Source: Candidatus Harrisonbacteria bacterium CG10_big_fil_rev_8_21_14_0_10_44_23
GTDB taxonomy: Bacteria > Patescibacteriota > Minisyncoccia > UBA6257 > 1-14-0-10-44-23
NCBI GenBank assembly: GCA_002773475.1
Contig: PFBB01000023.1
Coordinates: forward strand, 1 to 44,360
Direction of reading: 5' to 3'
DNA length: 44,360 nt
A program made the position numbers and the translations under genes. The notes under the pieces were generated by a model. It searched no databases. It was not told the DNA's origin and saw only the letters and a list, made by a program, of their open reading frames with translations. Positions 24,774 through 32,673 of the stretch are shown here, in pieces. Every line of letters starts with the position of its first letter. Within the stretch, counting starts at the first letter, position 1.

Positions 24774-25274
24774 TCAATAGACCGTGACCTCGAGGCGAAA
24801 GAAGTTGGTTCCTCCTGCTCGAGAGGACTTGGAGATGCGCTCGAATCCATGCTTCAAGTAGAGGCGGATTGCCTTTTCTCTCTGGTCGTTTGCACTCAAG
24901 AGGATGGGTATAGGCTCGTTTTTCTGCTGAGCCCAATACTGGACCTGCTTGATAAGGGCTTCGACCAACACAGATGCTAGGCCCTGCCCGCGGTAATCTG
25001 GGTGGACAACGACGCTGTGGATTTCGGCTAGATATCCTTCGGGCCGAGGCTGGTAAAACACCAAGCCCATGCCAGCAAGGCGATCCTGGGTGACGTCCTC
25101 AAGGAGGACGAGGCTGCACCAGGGATTGTTGAATATCTCGAGGAGCACCTTCGTGCTTATAATTGGGTGATTATTGGAGAGATGAGGTAAGAGCTGATTG
25201 ATCTCTGAGCTCGTCCATTCGGGTCCCCGGCGAAGCATGATTCGTTCAAGCGACTGTATTTCGATCTTCTCCAA
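24774..25274 (-). CDS. GNAT family N-acetyltransferase
   Basis: Motif A VVVHPDYRGQGLASVLVEAL and the C-terminal YLKHGFE. TTG start 5 nt after AAGGAG. It is G+C-rich relative to its flanks. Confidence 0.8.
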   Translation of the reverse strand: MEKIEIQSLERIMLRRGPEWTSSEINQLLPHLSNNHPIISTKVLLEIFNNPWCSLVLLEDVTQDRLAGMGLVFYQPRPEGYLAEIHSVVVHPDYRGQGLASVLVEALIKQVQYWAQQKNEPIPILLSANDQREKAIRLYLKHGFERISKSSRAGGTNFFRLEVTVY

Positions 25275-25337
25275 AAGTTCTCCTTTCGATTGAGACGCGC
25301 TTTACAGTACTGAATTTTTTGATATTCTGCAAGAGTA

Positions 25338-26027
25338 ATGAAAGCAGTAATATTGGGTGGCGGGAATGGCACTCGTCTTATGCCCTTAACTAAAAATAAG
25401 CCCAAGATGCTGGTGGAGGTCGCTGGGCGGCCCATCCTAGAGCATATTTTAGATTTTATCCCTCAAGAAATCGGGGAGATTGTTGTGGTTGTCAGCCCAA
25501 GGTTTAAACCATTGCTTTTTGAGCGTTTTGGGAAAGAGTTTGGTGGACGGAAAATCCATTATGTAATCCAGCAAAGTCCAACCGGGACAGCGCATGCATT
25601 GTCATTATGTAGAGATGTTTTGGGAGAGGAAAAGTTTCTACTATTGCCGGGAGACGACTTCCAAAGTAAAGCGGCGCTGGAAAAGCTTATAAAAAATGAG
25701 CTCGCGATTCTCTTAGCGACCCACAAGGATCCAAGAAGTTTTGGCGTTGCTCAAGTGGATGAAGAGAACAGGATATTGTTGGGCATAGAGGAGAAGCCGG
25801 AAAAGCCAAAAAGTAACCTAATTTCTACTTCGGTAATGGTGTTAGATTCAAGAATTTTTAAATATGGATCTAAAAAAAGGGAAAATGGAGAACACTACTT
25901 ACCGGACCAGGTCACGGGTTTGGCCAAGGAGTATCCAGTTCGATATGAAATTACGGATTTTTGGAAGCCAGTTTCTTATCCAGAAGATGTGACTGCCTTG
26001 GAGAAAATATTTAAATATGAAAAATAA
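25338..26027 (+). CDS. sugar-phosphate nucleotidyltransferase (NTP_transferase family)
   Basis: MKAVILGGGNGTRLMPLTKNKPKMLVEVAGRPILEH is the GxGTRL signature region. Confidence 0.8.
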   Translation: MKAVILGGGNGTRLMPLTKNKPKMLVEVAGRPILEHILDFIPQEIGEIVVVVSPRFKPLLFERFGKEFGGRKIHYVIQQSPTGTAHALSLCRDVLGEEKFLLLPGDDFQSKAALEKLIKNELAILLATHKDPRSFGVAQVDEENRILLGIEEKPEKPKSNLISTSVMVLDSRIFKYGSKKRENGEHYLPDQVTGLAKEYPVRYEITDFWKPVSYPEDVTALEKIFKYEK

Positions 26028-27054
26028 AACAGTTTTTGTTGGTCTTTCCGGAGGGGTAGACTCTTCGGTTGCCGCCGCTTTGCTTATTGAGAGGGGTTTT
26101 AAGGTTGTGGGGGTGCATTTGAAGTGTTGGAATATTGATGGTTGTGCTGATCAAGATGCCGAAGATGCTAGAAGAGCGGCAGAGATTTTAAAAATTCCTT
26201 TTTATGTTTTTGATTTTGAGAAAGAATACAAAGCTAAGGTGGTGGAATATATGGTGTCGGGCTATAAACGGGGGATTACACCAAACCCTGATGTAATGTG
26301 CAATCACGAGATTAAGTTTGGCCTTTTTTTTAAGAAGGCCATGCAACTTGGGGCTGACTTTGTCGCAACGGGACACTATGCTAGAACCAAAGCGGGAAAA
26401 TTATTTTCGGGCGTGGATAAAAATAAAGACCAGTCTTACTTCCTTTGGATGCTTTCTAAGAAAGAGCTGGATAGAACTATCTTTCCGGTTGGCGAACTAG
26501 AGAAGAGCGAGGTCAGGAAAATCGCCCAAAAATTTAATTTAGAAAATGCAGACAAGAAAGATTCTCAAGGAGTTTGCTTTTTGGGGGAGATTAAGCTGCC
26601 GGAATTTTTAGGAAAATTTATAGAGATGCGCGAGGGAGAGATAATTTCCGAATCGGGAGCGGTGGTTGGAAAGCACAAAGGGGTGGAGCAATTTACTATC
26701 GGACAAAGAAGGGGTTTGGGAGCAAGCGGACTAAAAAAGCCACATTTTGTTGCGGAGAAAAATATTAAGACTGGGAAAGTTTTGATTGTGCCGGAGGGGG
26801 ACGAGCGTTTATATAAAAAAACAATCGAATTAACTGACGTAAATATTTTAGATAATTCCTTAAAATTTCCCCAAAAAGTCAGCGCAAGGATAAGATATCG
26901 ACAAAAATTAGAACGAGCTACCTTGCGAAAAGAAAAGGACCGATTAATTTTAGATTTTGACCAGCCGCAGAAATTTGTTGCTTCGGGCCAATCGGCGGTG
27001 TTTTATGACCTGAAGAGAAAAGAGTTGTTTGGCGGAGGGGTGATAAAGGGATAA
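26017..27054 (+). CDS. mnmA: tRNA 2-thiouridine(34) synthase MnmA
   Basis: PP-loop VGLSGGVDSSVAA, with ATGHYAR and DQSYFL motifs. It overlaps the previous gene by 11 nt. Confidence 0.93.
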   Translation: MKNKTVFVGLSGGVDSSVAAALLIERGFKVVGVHLKCWNIDGCADQDAEDARRAAEILKIPFYVFDFEKEYKAKVVEYMVSGYKRGITPNPDVMCNHEIKFGLFFKKAMQLGADFVATGHYARTKAGKLFSGVDKNKDQSYFLWMLSKKELDRTIFPVGELEKSEVRKIAQKFNLENADKKDSQGVCFLGEIKLPEFLGKFIEMREGEIISESGAVVGKHKGVEQFTIGQRRGLGASGLKKPHFVAEKNIKTGKVLIVPEGDERLYKKTIELTDVNILDNSLKFPQKVSARIRYRQKLERATLRKEKDRLILDFDQPQKFVASGQSAVFYDLKRKELFGGGVIKG

Positions 27055-27063
27055 AATGAAAAC

Positions 27064-28497
27064 ATGTTGGCTCACCAGAAATTTTTCTGGATGATTGCAT
27101 TCTTTTTGCTAGGAGTGTTTCTGGCCAGTTTGTTTTCGGCATTATCTTCAGCTTTTTGGCTAGCTTCCCTAATCGGGGGGCTTTTTGTTTTATTATTACT
27201 TTTATTTAGAGCAAAAGTTTTTGCCTGGATGGCAATTTTTATATTAGTGGGAGCGGGATATTTTCAGCTGGATGAATCTTTTTATCAAAATAGAGGTAAG
27301 CTGCCGGACGAAGGTAGTGCCTTTACGGCGGTGGTAGTGGGGCGGAGGATAAGCGGTAAAAGTCAGAGATTGGACTTAGACCTAGGAAAACCGTACTCGG
27401 GAAAGGTGCGAATATATGCCTCTCTGTATCCAGACTATCGCTACGGCGATAGATTGAGCGTTTACGGCGATTTAATTGCGCCAGAGGGGGATGGGTCTCA
27501 ATATTATCGAAAGGAGCGCATTTTGGCGATATCGGCCTTTCCAGAATTAGAGAAAATTGGAGAGGGAGGGGGGTTCTTTTTAAAGCGTTGGTTGTTGGCT
27601 TTGCGAGATATGGTGGCGGATAGTTTTTGGGAAAATCTTAGCCCAGACGAGGCGGGCTTTATGACGGGGATAACTTTGGGCAAAAGTGCGGAGTTAACTG
27701 ATGAGTTTGAGGAAGACCTACGACTAACTGGGACAACTCATTTGATTGCTTTGTCGGGATACAACATCACAATAATTTCTAAGTATTTCTTCAGCTTCTT
27801 ACTTTTGTTTTTGGCAAGGCGGAGGGCTTTTATTTTTAGCATCTTGGCGATTGGACTATTTGTTTTAATGACAGGAGCAGAAGCGTCGGTGGTTAGAGCG
27901 GGGGTGATGGGTGTGCTGATCTTGGTTGCAAATCAAAGTGGCAGGATCTATTCATTTAAAAATGCCATCGCGTTTACGGCGCTAATTATGACCTTGTTTA
28001 ATCCTCGGATTTTGGTGTTTGATATTGGATTTCAGCTTTCTTTTGCCGCTCTCTTGGGAATCGTGTATCTGCGGCCAGCGATTGAGGGATTTTTTTCAGT
28101 CAATCCGGCTCCGGGGTTTTTAGCGTGGCGGGATAATTTACTTACAACCGTTGCCGCACAGTTGGCGGTCTTACCAATTTTGATTAATACCTTCGGTTTT
28201 GTTTCTTTGGTGTCAGTGCTGACGAATGTTTTAATCTTGACCTTTATTCCAGTCACGATGCTTTTGGGACTTTTAATCTTCATTGCCTCAATCGCTTCCA
28301 AATATGTTTCCTTGGTTTTTGCCCTTTTGGCTAAACCGTTCCTAGTTTATGAGCTGGGAGTAATTAAGGGGTTTGCGAATTTTGCTTTTGGTTTGGAGTT
28401 AGACAACTTGCCGCTGGTTTTTACAGCTTTGTTTTATGGGGCGTTAATTGGATTTATTTTGTACAATAAAAAAAGAGCCCCTAGCCTGTTTGTTTAA
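27064..28497 (+). CDS. comEC: ComEC/Rec2 competence channel, N-terminal and Competence-domain part only
   Basis: Polytopic membrane protein with TGTTHLIALSGYNITI (Competence domain motif). It stops at TAA 28495-28497, before any metallo-beta-lactamase domain. Confidence 0.8.
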   Translation: MLAHQKFFWMIAFFLLGVFLASLFSALSSAFWLASLIGGLFVLLLLLFRAKVFAWMAIFILVGAGYFQLDESFYQNRGKLPDEGSAFTAVVVGRRISGKSQRLDLDLGKPYSGKVRIYASLYPDYRYGDRLSVYGDLIAPEGDGSQYYRKERILAISAFPELEKIGEGGGFFLKRWLLALRDMVADSFWENLSPDEAGFMTGITLGKSAELTDEFEEDLRLTGTTHLIALSGYNITIISKYFFSFLLLFLARRRAFIFSILAIGLFVLMTGAEASVVRAGVMGVLILVANQSGRIYSFKNAIAFTALIMTLFNPRILVFDIGFQLSFAALLGIVYLRPAIEGFFSVNPAPGFLAWRDNLLTTVAAQLAVLPILINTFGFVSLVSVLTNVLILTFIPVTMLLGLLIFIASIASKYVSLVFALLAKPFLVYELGVIKGFANFAFGLELDNLPLVFTALFYGALIGFILYNKKRAPSLFV

Positions 28498-28498
28498 T

Positions 28499-29353
28499 AT
28501 GGAACGAAACTGGAAATTAATTCTATTAATACTTGGCATTCTACTAATTTTGAATGTTTTAGTTTGGATCCAAGCTTTGAGTGACAAGGGGGTGTCTGAA
28601 GCAGTTTATTTTATTGATGTGGGGCAAGGGGATAGCTCTTTAATTGTTTTTGAGAGCGGAGAAAAGGTTTTAATTGATGGCGGCAGGGACGGGAGGGTTT
28701 TATTGGAGGAGTTGGACAAGGTTTTAAATGACTCGGATAGATATATTGATTTAGTGATTTTAAGTCATGGGCACTTTGACCATTATGGCGGTTTGATTGA
28801 GCTGATGAAAAATTATGAGATTGGTGCATTTTTATCTTCAGGAAGAATTGGGGAAGCGGAGGCCTATGGACAACTGCAAACCGAAATAGAGAGAAGAAAA
28901 ATTAAATTCTTAAATTTGGCGGAGGGAGATAGCCTGCAGTTTTCTGGGGCTAATATCGAAGTGTTGTCGCCGTCGGCGAGGGAGATTTTGTCGGAGGACG
29001 TAAACTTAGCCTCGCTAGTTTTGCTTCTCGACCTTCAACCCGGTAACGTAATTTTTACGGGGGATATTGATAAGAATGTGGAAAAAAGATTGATAAAAGA
29101 TTATGAAGTGCTAGATGTTGATGTTTTGAAGGTGGCGCATCAAGGATCAAAGTATTCTAGTGATATAAATTTTTTAGCACAGGTTAGCCCGGCATTGTCG
29201 GTGATTATGGTTGGCCCAAACACCTATGGGCATCCTCACAAAGAGACCTTGGATAACTTAAGTCCGATTAGTGAGGTGGTGAGGACGGATGAGAAGGGGA
29301 CGATGAAACTTGAGGCGCAAAATGGAGAGTTTATGCTCTACAGCGTTAAATAG
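28499..29353 (+). CDS. membrane-anchored MBL-fold hydrolase (ComEC C-terminal domain as a separate ORF)
   Basis: The ATG lies 1 nt after the comEC stop. It has its own TM helix (WKLILLILGILLILNVLVWI), FIDVGQGDS and an HGHFDHYGG (HxHxDH) motif. The ORF-track start at 28448 overlaps comEC. Confidence 0.8.
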   Translation: MERNWKLILLILGILLILNVLVWIQALSDKGVSEAVYFIDVGQGDSSLIVFESGEKVLIDGGRDGRVLLEELDKVLNDSDRYIDLVILSHGHFDHYGGLIELMKNYEIGAFLSSGRIGEAEAYGQLQTEIERRKIKFLNLAEGDSLQFSGANIEVLSPSAREILSEDVNLASLVLLLDLQPGNVIFTGDIDKNVEKRLIKDYEVLDVDVLKVAHQGSKYSSDINFLAQVSPALSVIMVGPNTYGHPHKETLDNLSPISEVVRTDEKGTMKLEAQNGEFMLYSVK

Positions 29354-29359
29354 AGTAGA

Positions 29360-29388
29360 TTGACTTTTTGATAATTTAGTGGTATTCT
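29360..29388 (+). promoter_or_regulatory. sigma-70-like promoter (TTGACT, 17-nt spacer, TATTCT)
   Basis: -35 at 29360-29365 and -10 at 29383-29388, upstream of the 29417 ORF. Confidence 0.5.
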
Positions 29389-29416
29389 GTTTAGAACCTC
29401 AAGAAGGGAGGATCTG

Positions 29417-29728
29417 GTGTGCAAGATTAAGATCGAGGACGTAGCAAGGCAAGCAAGGGTGCTGCTCGACCACGGCGATGCCGTCGAAGACGTTCAGCAG
29501 GCCGTCTTCGATGTCTTGTACGGTGAGTCGGTTTTGGACCGACAGGAAGCTGAGTGGCGGCTGTCGGATTACAACAGTCTGGAAGCCCAGTCTCAGCATC
29601 TCGCTTCGACGCTCGGGTGGAGCAAGGATTGGTTCCAGGCCATTTGGAACCAGGATACCGATCGGCATGCCTGGTTGACCAGGCAGCGGAGGATCAACTT
29701 TCTTTGCTCTGTTCCAGCGGTTCTATGA
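29417..29728 (+). CDS. hypothetical acidic protein (103 aa) in a G+C-rich islet
   Basis: GTG start 5 nt after GGGAGG (29406-29411), with its own promoter and terminator. Line 29461-29520 has 36/60 G+C. Confidence 0.45.
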   Translation: MCKIKIEDVARQARVLLDHGDAVEDVQQAVFDVLYGESVLDRQEAEWRLSDYNSLEAQSQHLASTLGWSKDWFQAIWNQDTDRHAWLTRQRRINFLCSVPAVL

Positions 29729-29736
29729 ACTGCTAG

Positions 29737-29776
29737 CCGCGGCGCCCCAAAGGGGCGCTGCGGTTTTCGCTTTTTA
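29737..29776 (+). terminator. rho-independent terminator of the 29417 ORF
   Basis: CCGCGGCGCCCC-AAA-GGGGCGCTGCGG (12 bp, one G-T pair) followed by TTTTCGCTTTTT. Confidence 0.7.
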
Positions 29777-29780
29777 TATT

Positions 29781-29811
29781 AAAAAGAGCCTCGGGCGAGT
29801 GCCCGAGGCTC
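29781..29811 (-). terminator. minus-strand rho-independent terminator
   Basis: GAGCCTCGGGC-GAGT-GCCCGAGGCTC (11-bp perfect stem) followed on the minus strand by TTTTT. Confidence 0.65.
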
Positions 29812-29930
29812 ACTAGGCCTGGAGACGGCAACTTCCTGGAGGAGGAGATGCGTGGAAAGGAAAGTTTTATGCTATCGAGCAACCGCTCTCCAGTACCTTT
29901 CTTTTAAGATTGCTTTTTATTTCATTAGTC

Positions 29931-29966
29931 AAATTAAAAGGCACCGCGTTACAATATTGCGGTGCC
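29931..29966 (-). terminator. minus-strand terminator of the zinc-ribbon ORF
   Basis: GGCACCGC/GCGGTGCC 8-bp stem followed on the minus strand by TTTTAATTT. Confidence 0.6.
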
Positions 29967-30010
29967 GAGGCGGAGCATTGCTTGAAGTATATCGCAATGC
30001 CGGGTTGTCG

Positions 30011-30262
30011 TTAGTCGAGACGGACCCTTATACCGCAGTTGGGGCAGTAGGTATTTCCGATATCGCGCAGATACCAGTGCGGAACAGTGGGAGACTCGGC
30101 CTGACACTCTTTGAGAGCGTCGGCGTAGCTATCCCCGATTGTACCTTCGAAAGCTTTTGCGTCGAAGCCAGGGTTCTTTGTTCCGCAGTCTGGGCAATAA
30201 GCACAGATATCGGGCAGGGATCCATCCGAACAACAATTGTTTTTGCTCACTTTGAGCTCCAA
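30011..30262 (-). CDS. small zinc-ribbon protein (83 aa)
   Basis: CAYCPDCG and CPNCG pairs plus an N-terminal CC. TTG start per the ORF track. AAGGAG lies about 20 nt upstream, separated from the start by a CCACAC-TG-GTGTGG hairpin, so the start is uncertain. Confidence 0.5.
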   Translation of the reverse strand: MELKVSKNNCCSDGSLPDICAYCPDCGTKNPGFDAKAFEGTIGDSYADALKECQAESPTVPHWYLRDIGNTYCPNCGIRVRLD

Positions 30263-30356
30263 TGTGCCACACCAGTGTGGCGCTCCTTTTATAACACATA
30301 TGATTTCCTAAGCCAAGTGTGGAGATTTTATCGGGCGCGTGATATTATTTTGAGCA

Positions 30357-31742
30357 ATGAGAACTCTAATTAAAGACACGCCCACTAAAGTGGGAGAAAA
30401 AGTTGAGCTTTCTGGCTGGGTCGATTCTCGACGCGACCACGGCAAGCTTATTTTTATTGATCTAAGAGATCGCACCGGAGTTATTCAGGCCGTTATCACT
30501 CCTAAAAGTCCTGCATATGAGACTGCCCAGAAGCTAAGAGATGAGTGGGTGGTTAAGGTTGTGGCGGAGATTAAAGAGCGACCCGAAAATATGCGCAATG
30601 AAGATCTAGCTACTGGATCGGTGGAGGCGGGGATTGAAGAGCTAGAAATATTAAACGAGGCCGAAACTCCAGCGATACCAATTCATTCTGATGGACACGA
30701 AATAGATGAGGAGGTTAGAGCTAAGTATCGCTACATCGATTTAAAGCGAGAGCGGCTGCAGAAGAATATTAAGCTTCGTTCCGAATTCGTTCGTCGGGTG
30801 AGGGAGTTTTTGTTCTCAAAGGAATTTAATGAAATTGAGACCCCAATGTTGACTCAATCAACTGCGGAGGGCTCAAGGGACTTCGTTGTTCCTTCTAGGT
30901 TGCACCCTGGAAAGTTTTTCGCTTTGCCGCAAAGCCCACAGCAGTATAAGCAGCTATTGATGACTGCTGGATTTGAGCGTTATTTCCAACTGGCGCGTTG
31001 TATCCGAGACGAAGACTTGCGAGCCGACAGAGGCTTTGAACACACTCAGGTTGATATCGAAATGAGCTTTGTAGATCGAGAAGAGTTTATGAAGCTTGAT
31101 GAAGAAATGATTACCACCGTTTGTGAGGCAATGGGCTATACGATCAAGGAAAAACCATTCCCTAGGATTAGCTATAAAGAGGCAATGGAAAAATATGGAG
31201 CGGATAAGTTTGATTTGAGGACAGAGGAGGATAAAAAGAATGGAGTTTTGGCTTTTGCTTGGGTGACAGACTTTCCCTTCTTCGAAAAAGACGGAGATGG
31301 TTGGACTTTTTCTCACAATCCATTTTCCGCCGTTATGCCAGATAGCTTAGACGATTTAATGGCCAGCAAAAATATTGAAAATATAATTAGCTCGCAATAC
31401 GATCTAGTTTGCAATGGCTATGAGACCGGAGGTGGAAGCATTCGGGCGCATAAATCAGAGTGGTTGGAGGCGGCGCTGAAGATAATGGGATTTGATGAGG
31501 AAAAGATTAAGAATGAATATGGGCACATGCTAGATGCCTTTAAGGCCGGCACGCCGCCACATGGCGGGATTGCCCACGGAGTGGAAAGAATGATAATGAT
31601 ATTAACCGGAGAGAAATATTTGCGAGAGGTGCAAGCATTTCCACAAACGTCCTCGGGGAAAACCAGCGTGATGGATGCACCGAGAGAGTTGAGCGAAAAA
31701 CAACTAGATGAATTAAAAATTAAAATAGATAAAAAAGATTAA
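30357..31742 (+). CDS. aspS: aspartate--tRNA ligase, bacterial type without the GAD insertion domain
   Basis: OB-fold N-terminus (SGWVDSRRDHGKLIFIDLRD), motif 2 (QSPQQYKQLLM...ARCIRDEDLRADR) and motif 3 (GGIAHGVERM). Only about 10 residues lie between DKFDLR and FAWVTDFPFF. Confidence 0.93.
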   Translation: MRTLIKDTPTKVGEKVELSGWVDSRRDHGKLIFIDLRDRTGVIQAVITPKSPAYETAQKLRDEWVVKVVAEIKERPENMRNEDLATGSVEAGIEELEILNEAETPAIPIHSDGHEIDEEVRAKYRYIDLKRERLQKNIKLRSEFVRRVREFLFSKEFNEIETPMLTQSTAEGSRDFVVPSRLHPGKFFALPQSPQQYKQLLMTAGFERYFQLARCIRDEDLRADRGFEHTQVDIEMSFVDREEFMKLDEEMITTVCEAMGYTIKEKPFPRISYKEAMEKYGADKFDLRTEEDKKNGVLAFAWVTDFPFFEKDGDGWTFSHNPFSAVMPDSLDDLMASKNIENIISSQYDLVCNGYETGGGSIRAHKSEWLEAALKIMGFDEEKIKNEYGHMLDAFKAGTPPHGGIAHGVERMIMILTGEKYLREVQAFPQTSSGKTSVMDAPRELSEKQLDELKIKIDKKD

Positions 31743-31747
31743 TATTT

Positions 31748-32230
31748 ATGAGTAAGCCGAAAATTGAAAGGACTTTAGTTTTAGTAAAACCAGATGGCGT
31801 AGTCAGAGGATTAATTGGAGAAGTTGTTAAGCGTTTTGAGATGGTGGGGTTAAAAATCGTCGGTATGAAGATGATGAAAATTACCCCAGACTTTGCTAAA
31901 CAACACTATTTTGCTCATGTAGAAAAGGATTTTTATCCGGAACTAGAGAAACGAATTATCGCTGGCCCAGTTATCGCTGCAGTTTTAGAAGGTATGAATG
32001 CGGTTGAGGTGGTTCGAAAGATTGTGGGTAGCACAGAATCAAAATCTTCAGTTCCCGGAACTATCCGCGGTGACTTTGCACATGTAGGGCTGGATTATCA
32101 GGGCACCAAAAACATTGTTCATGCTTCTGGAAATCTTGAGGAGGCAGAGAAAGAAGTTGGTCTTTGGTTTTCAGAGAAAGAACTGTTTGAGTACAAAACA
32201 ATGTACGAAAAACATATTGAAGAGGAATAA
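31748..32230 (+). CDS. ndk: nucleoside-diphosphate kinase
   Basis: ERTLVLVKPDGV, TIRGDF and NIVHASG (active-site His). Confidence 0.93.
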   Translation: MSKPKIERTLVLVKPDGVVRGLIGEVVKRFEMVGLKIVGMKMMKITPDFAKQHYFAHVEKDFYPELEKRIIAGPVIAAVLEGMNAVEVVRKIVGSTESKSSVPGTIRGDFAHVGLDYQGTKNIVHASGNLEEAEKEVGLWFSEKELFEYKTMYEKHIEEE

Positions 32231-32237
32231 GAGTGTT

Positions 32238-32261
32238 AAAACAGCCCTTCGGGGCTGTTTT
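32238..32261 (+). terminator. ndk terminator
   Basis: AAAACAGCCC-TTCG-GGGCTGTTTT. Confidence 0.8.
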
Positions 32262-32319
32262 CTTGACAGACCACCGGTTTCGCCCTAGGTTTAGAGGACC
32301 AAGAAAGGAGGGCTGCGGT

Positions 32320-32619
32320 ATGCCCTTTGTAGATATTGTTTCTAGGATTGGTGACATGGACCCTCAGCTTGCCATCGCGCTTTATCGGCAGCCGGATGGC
32401 GATGTGATTCTATCTGTTGGGTTGGCGGGCCGCATGGGAGTGCTGGACTTTGAGCCTGCAGACAACTCACCGATTCTGAGTGGGCGAGAGGGGCTGGAAA
32501 CCAGATCCTCTGTGGAGTTTTGTACTAGTGGAGGAAGGAGCCCTCACACCCATCGCGCGCTCGTTGCTTTGATGGATGCTATCAAAAAGGACAATGAGGA
32601 GAGACCCATCTCTCCGTAA
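32320..32619 (+). CDS. hypothetical protein (99 aa) in a G+C-rich islet
   Basis: ATG 8 nt after AAGGAGG (32305-32311). A consensus TTGACA at 32263-32268 lies right after the ndk terminator. The ORF-track start at 32233 would run through that terminator. Line 32401-32460 has 34/60 G+C. Confidence 0.45.
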   Translation: MPFVDIVSRIGDMDPQLAIALYRQPDGDVILSVGLAGRMGVLDFEPADNSPILSGREGLETRSSVEFCTSGGRSPHTHRALVALMDAIKKDNEERPISP

Positions 32620-32673
32620 CGCTAATGCCCTGGTTGTGTACAACAACTGGGGCATTGGAGTATAATGTAGATA

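Noticed and set aside
24581-24980. ORFs 24581-24850 (minus strand), 24696-24980 (plus strand) and 24742-24936 (minus strand)
   Set aside because: They overlap efp, the inter-gene hairpin or the GNAT frame, which has clear motif A. None has start signals.
29852-30373. 173-aa plus-strand ORF spanning the islet and running into aspS
   Set aside because: It is antisense to the zinc-ribbon ORF, which has paired CxxC motifs and its own terminator. It crosses a strong hairpin, overlaps the aspS start, and its translation has no recognisable features.
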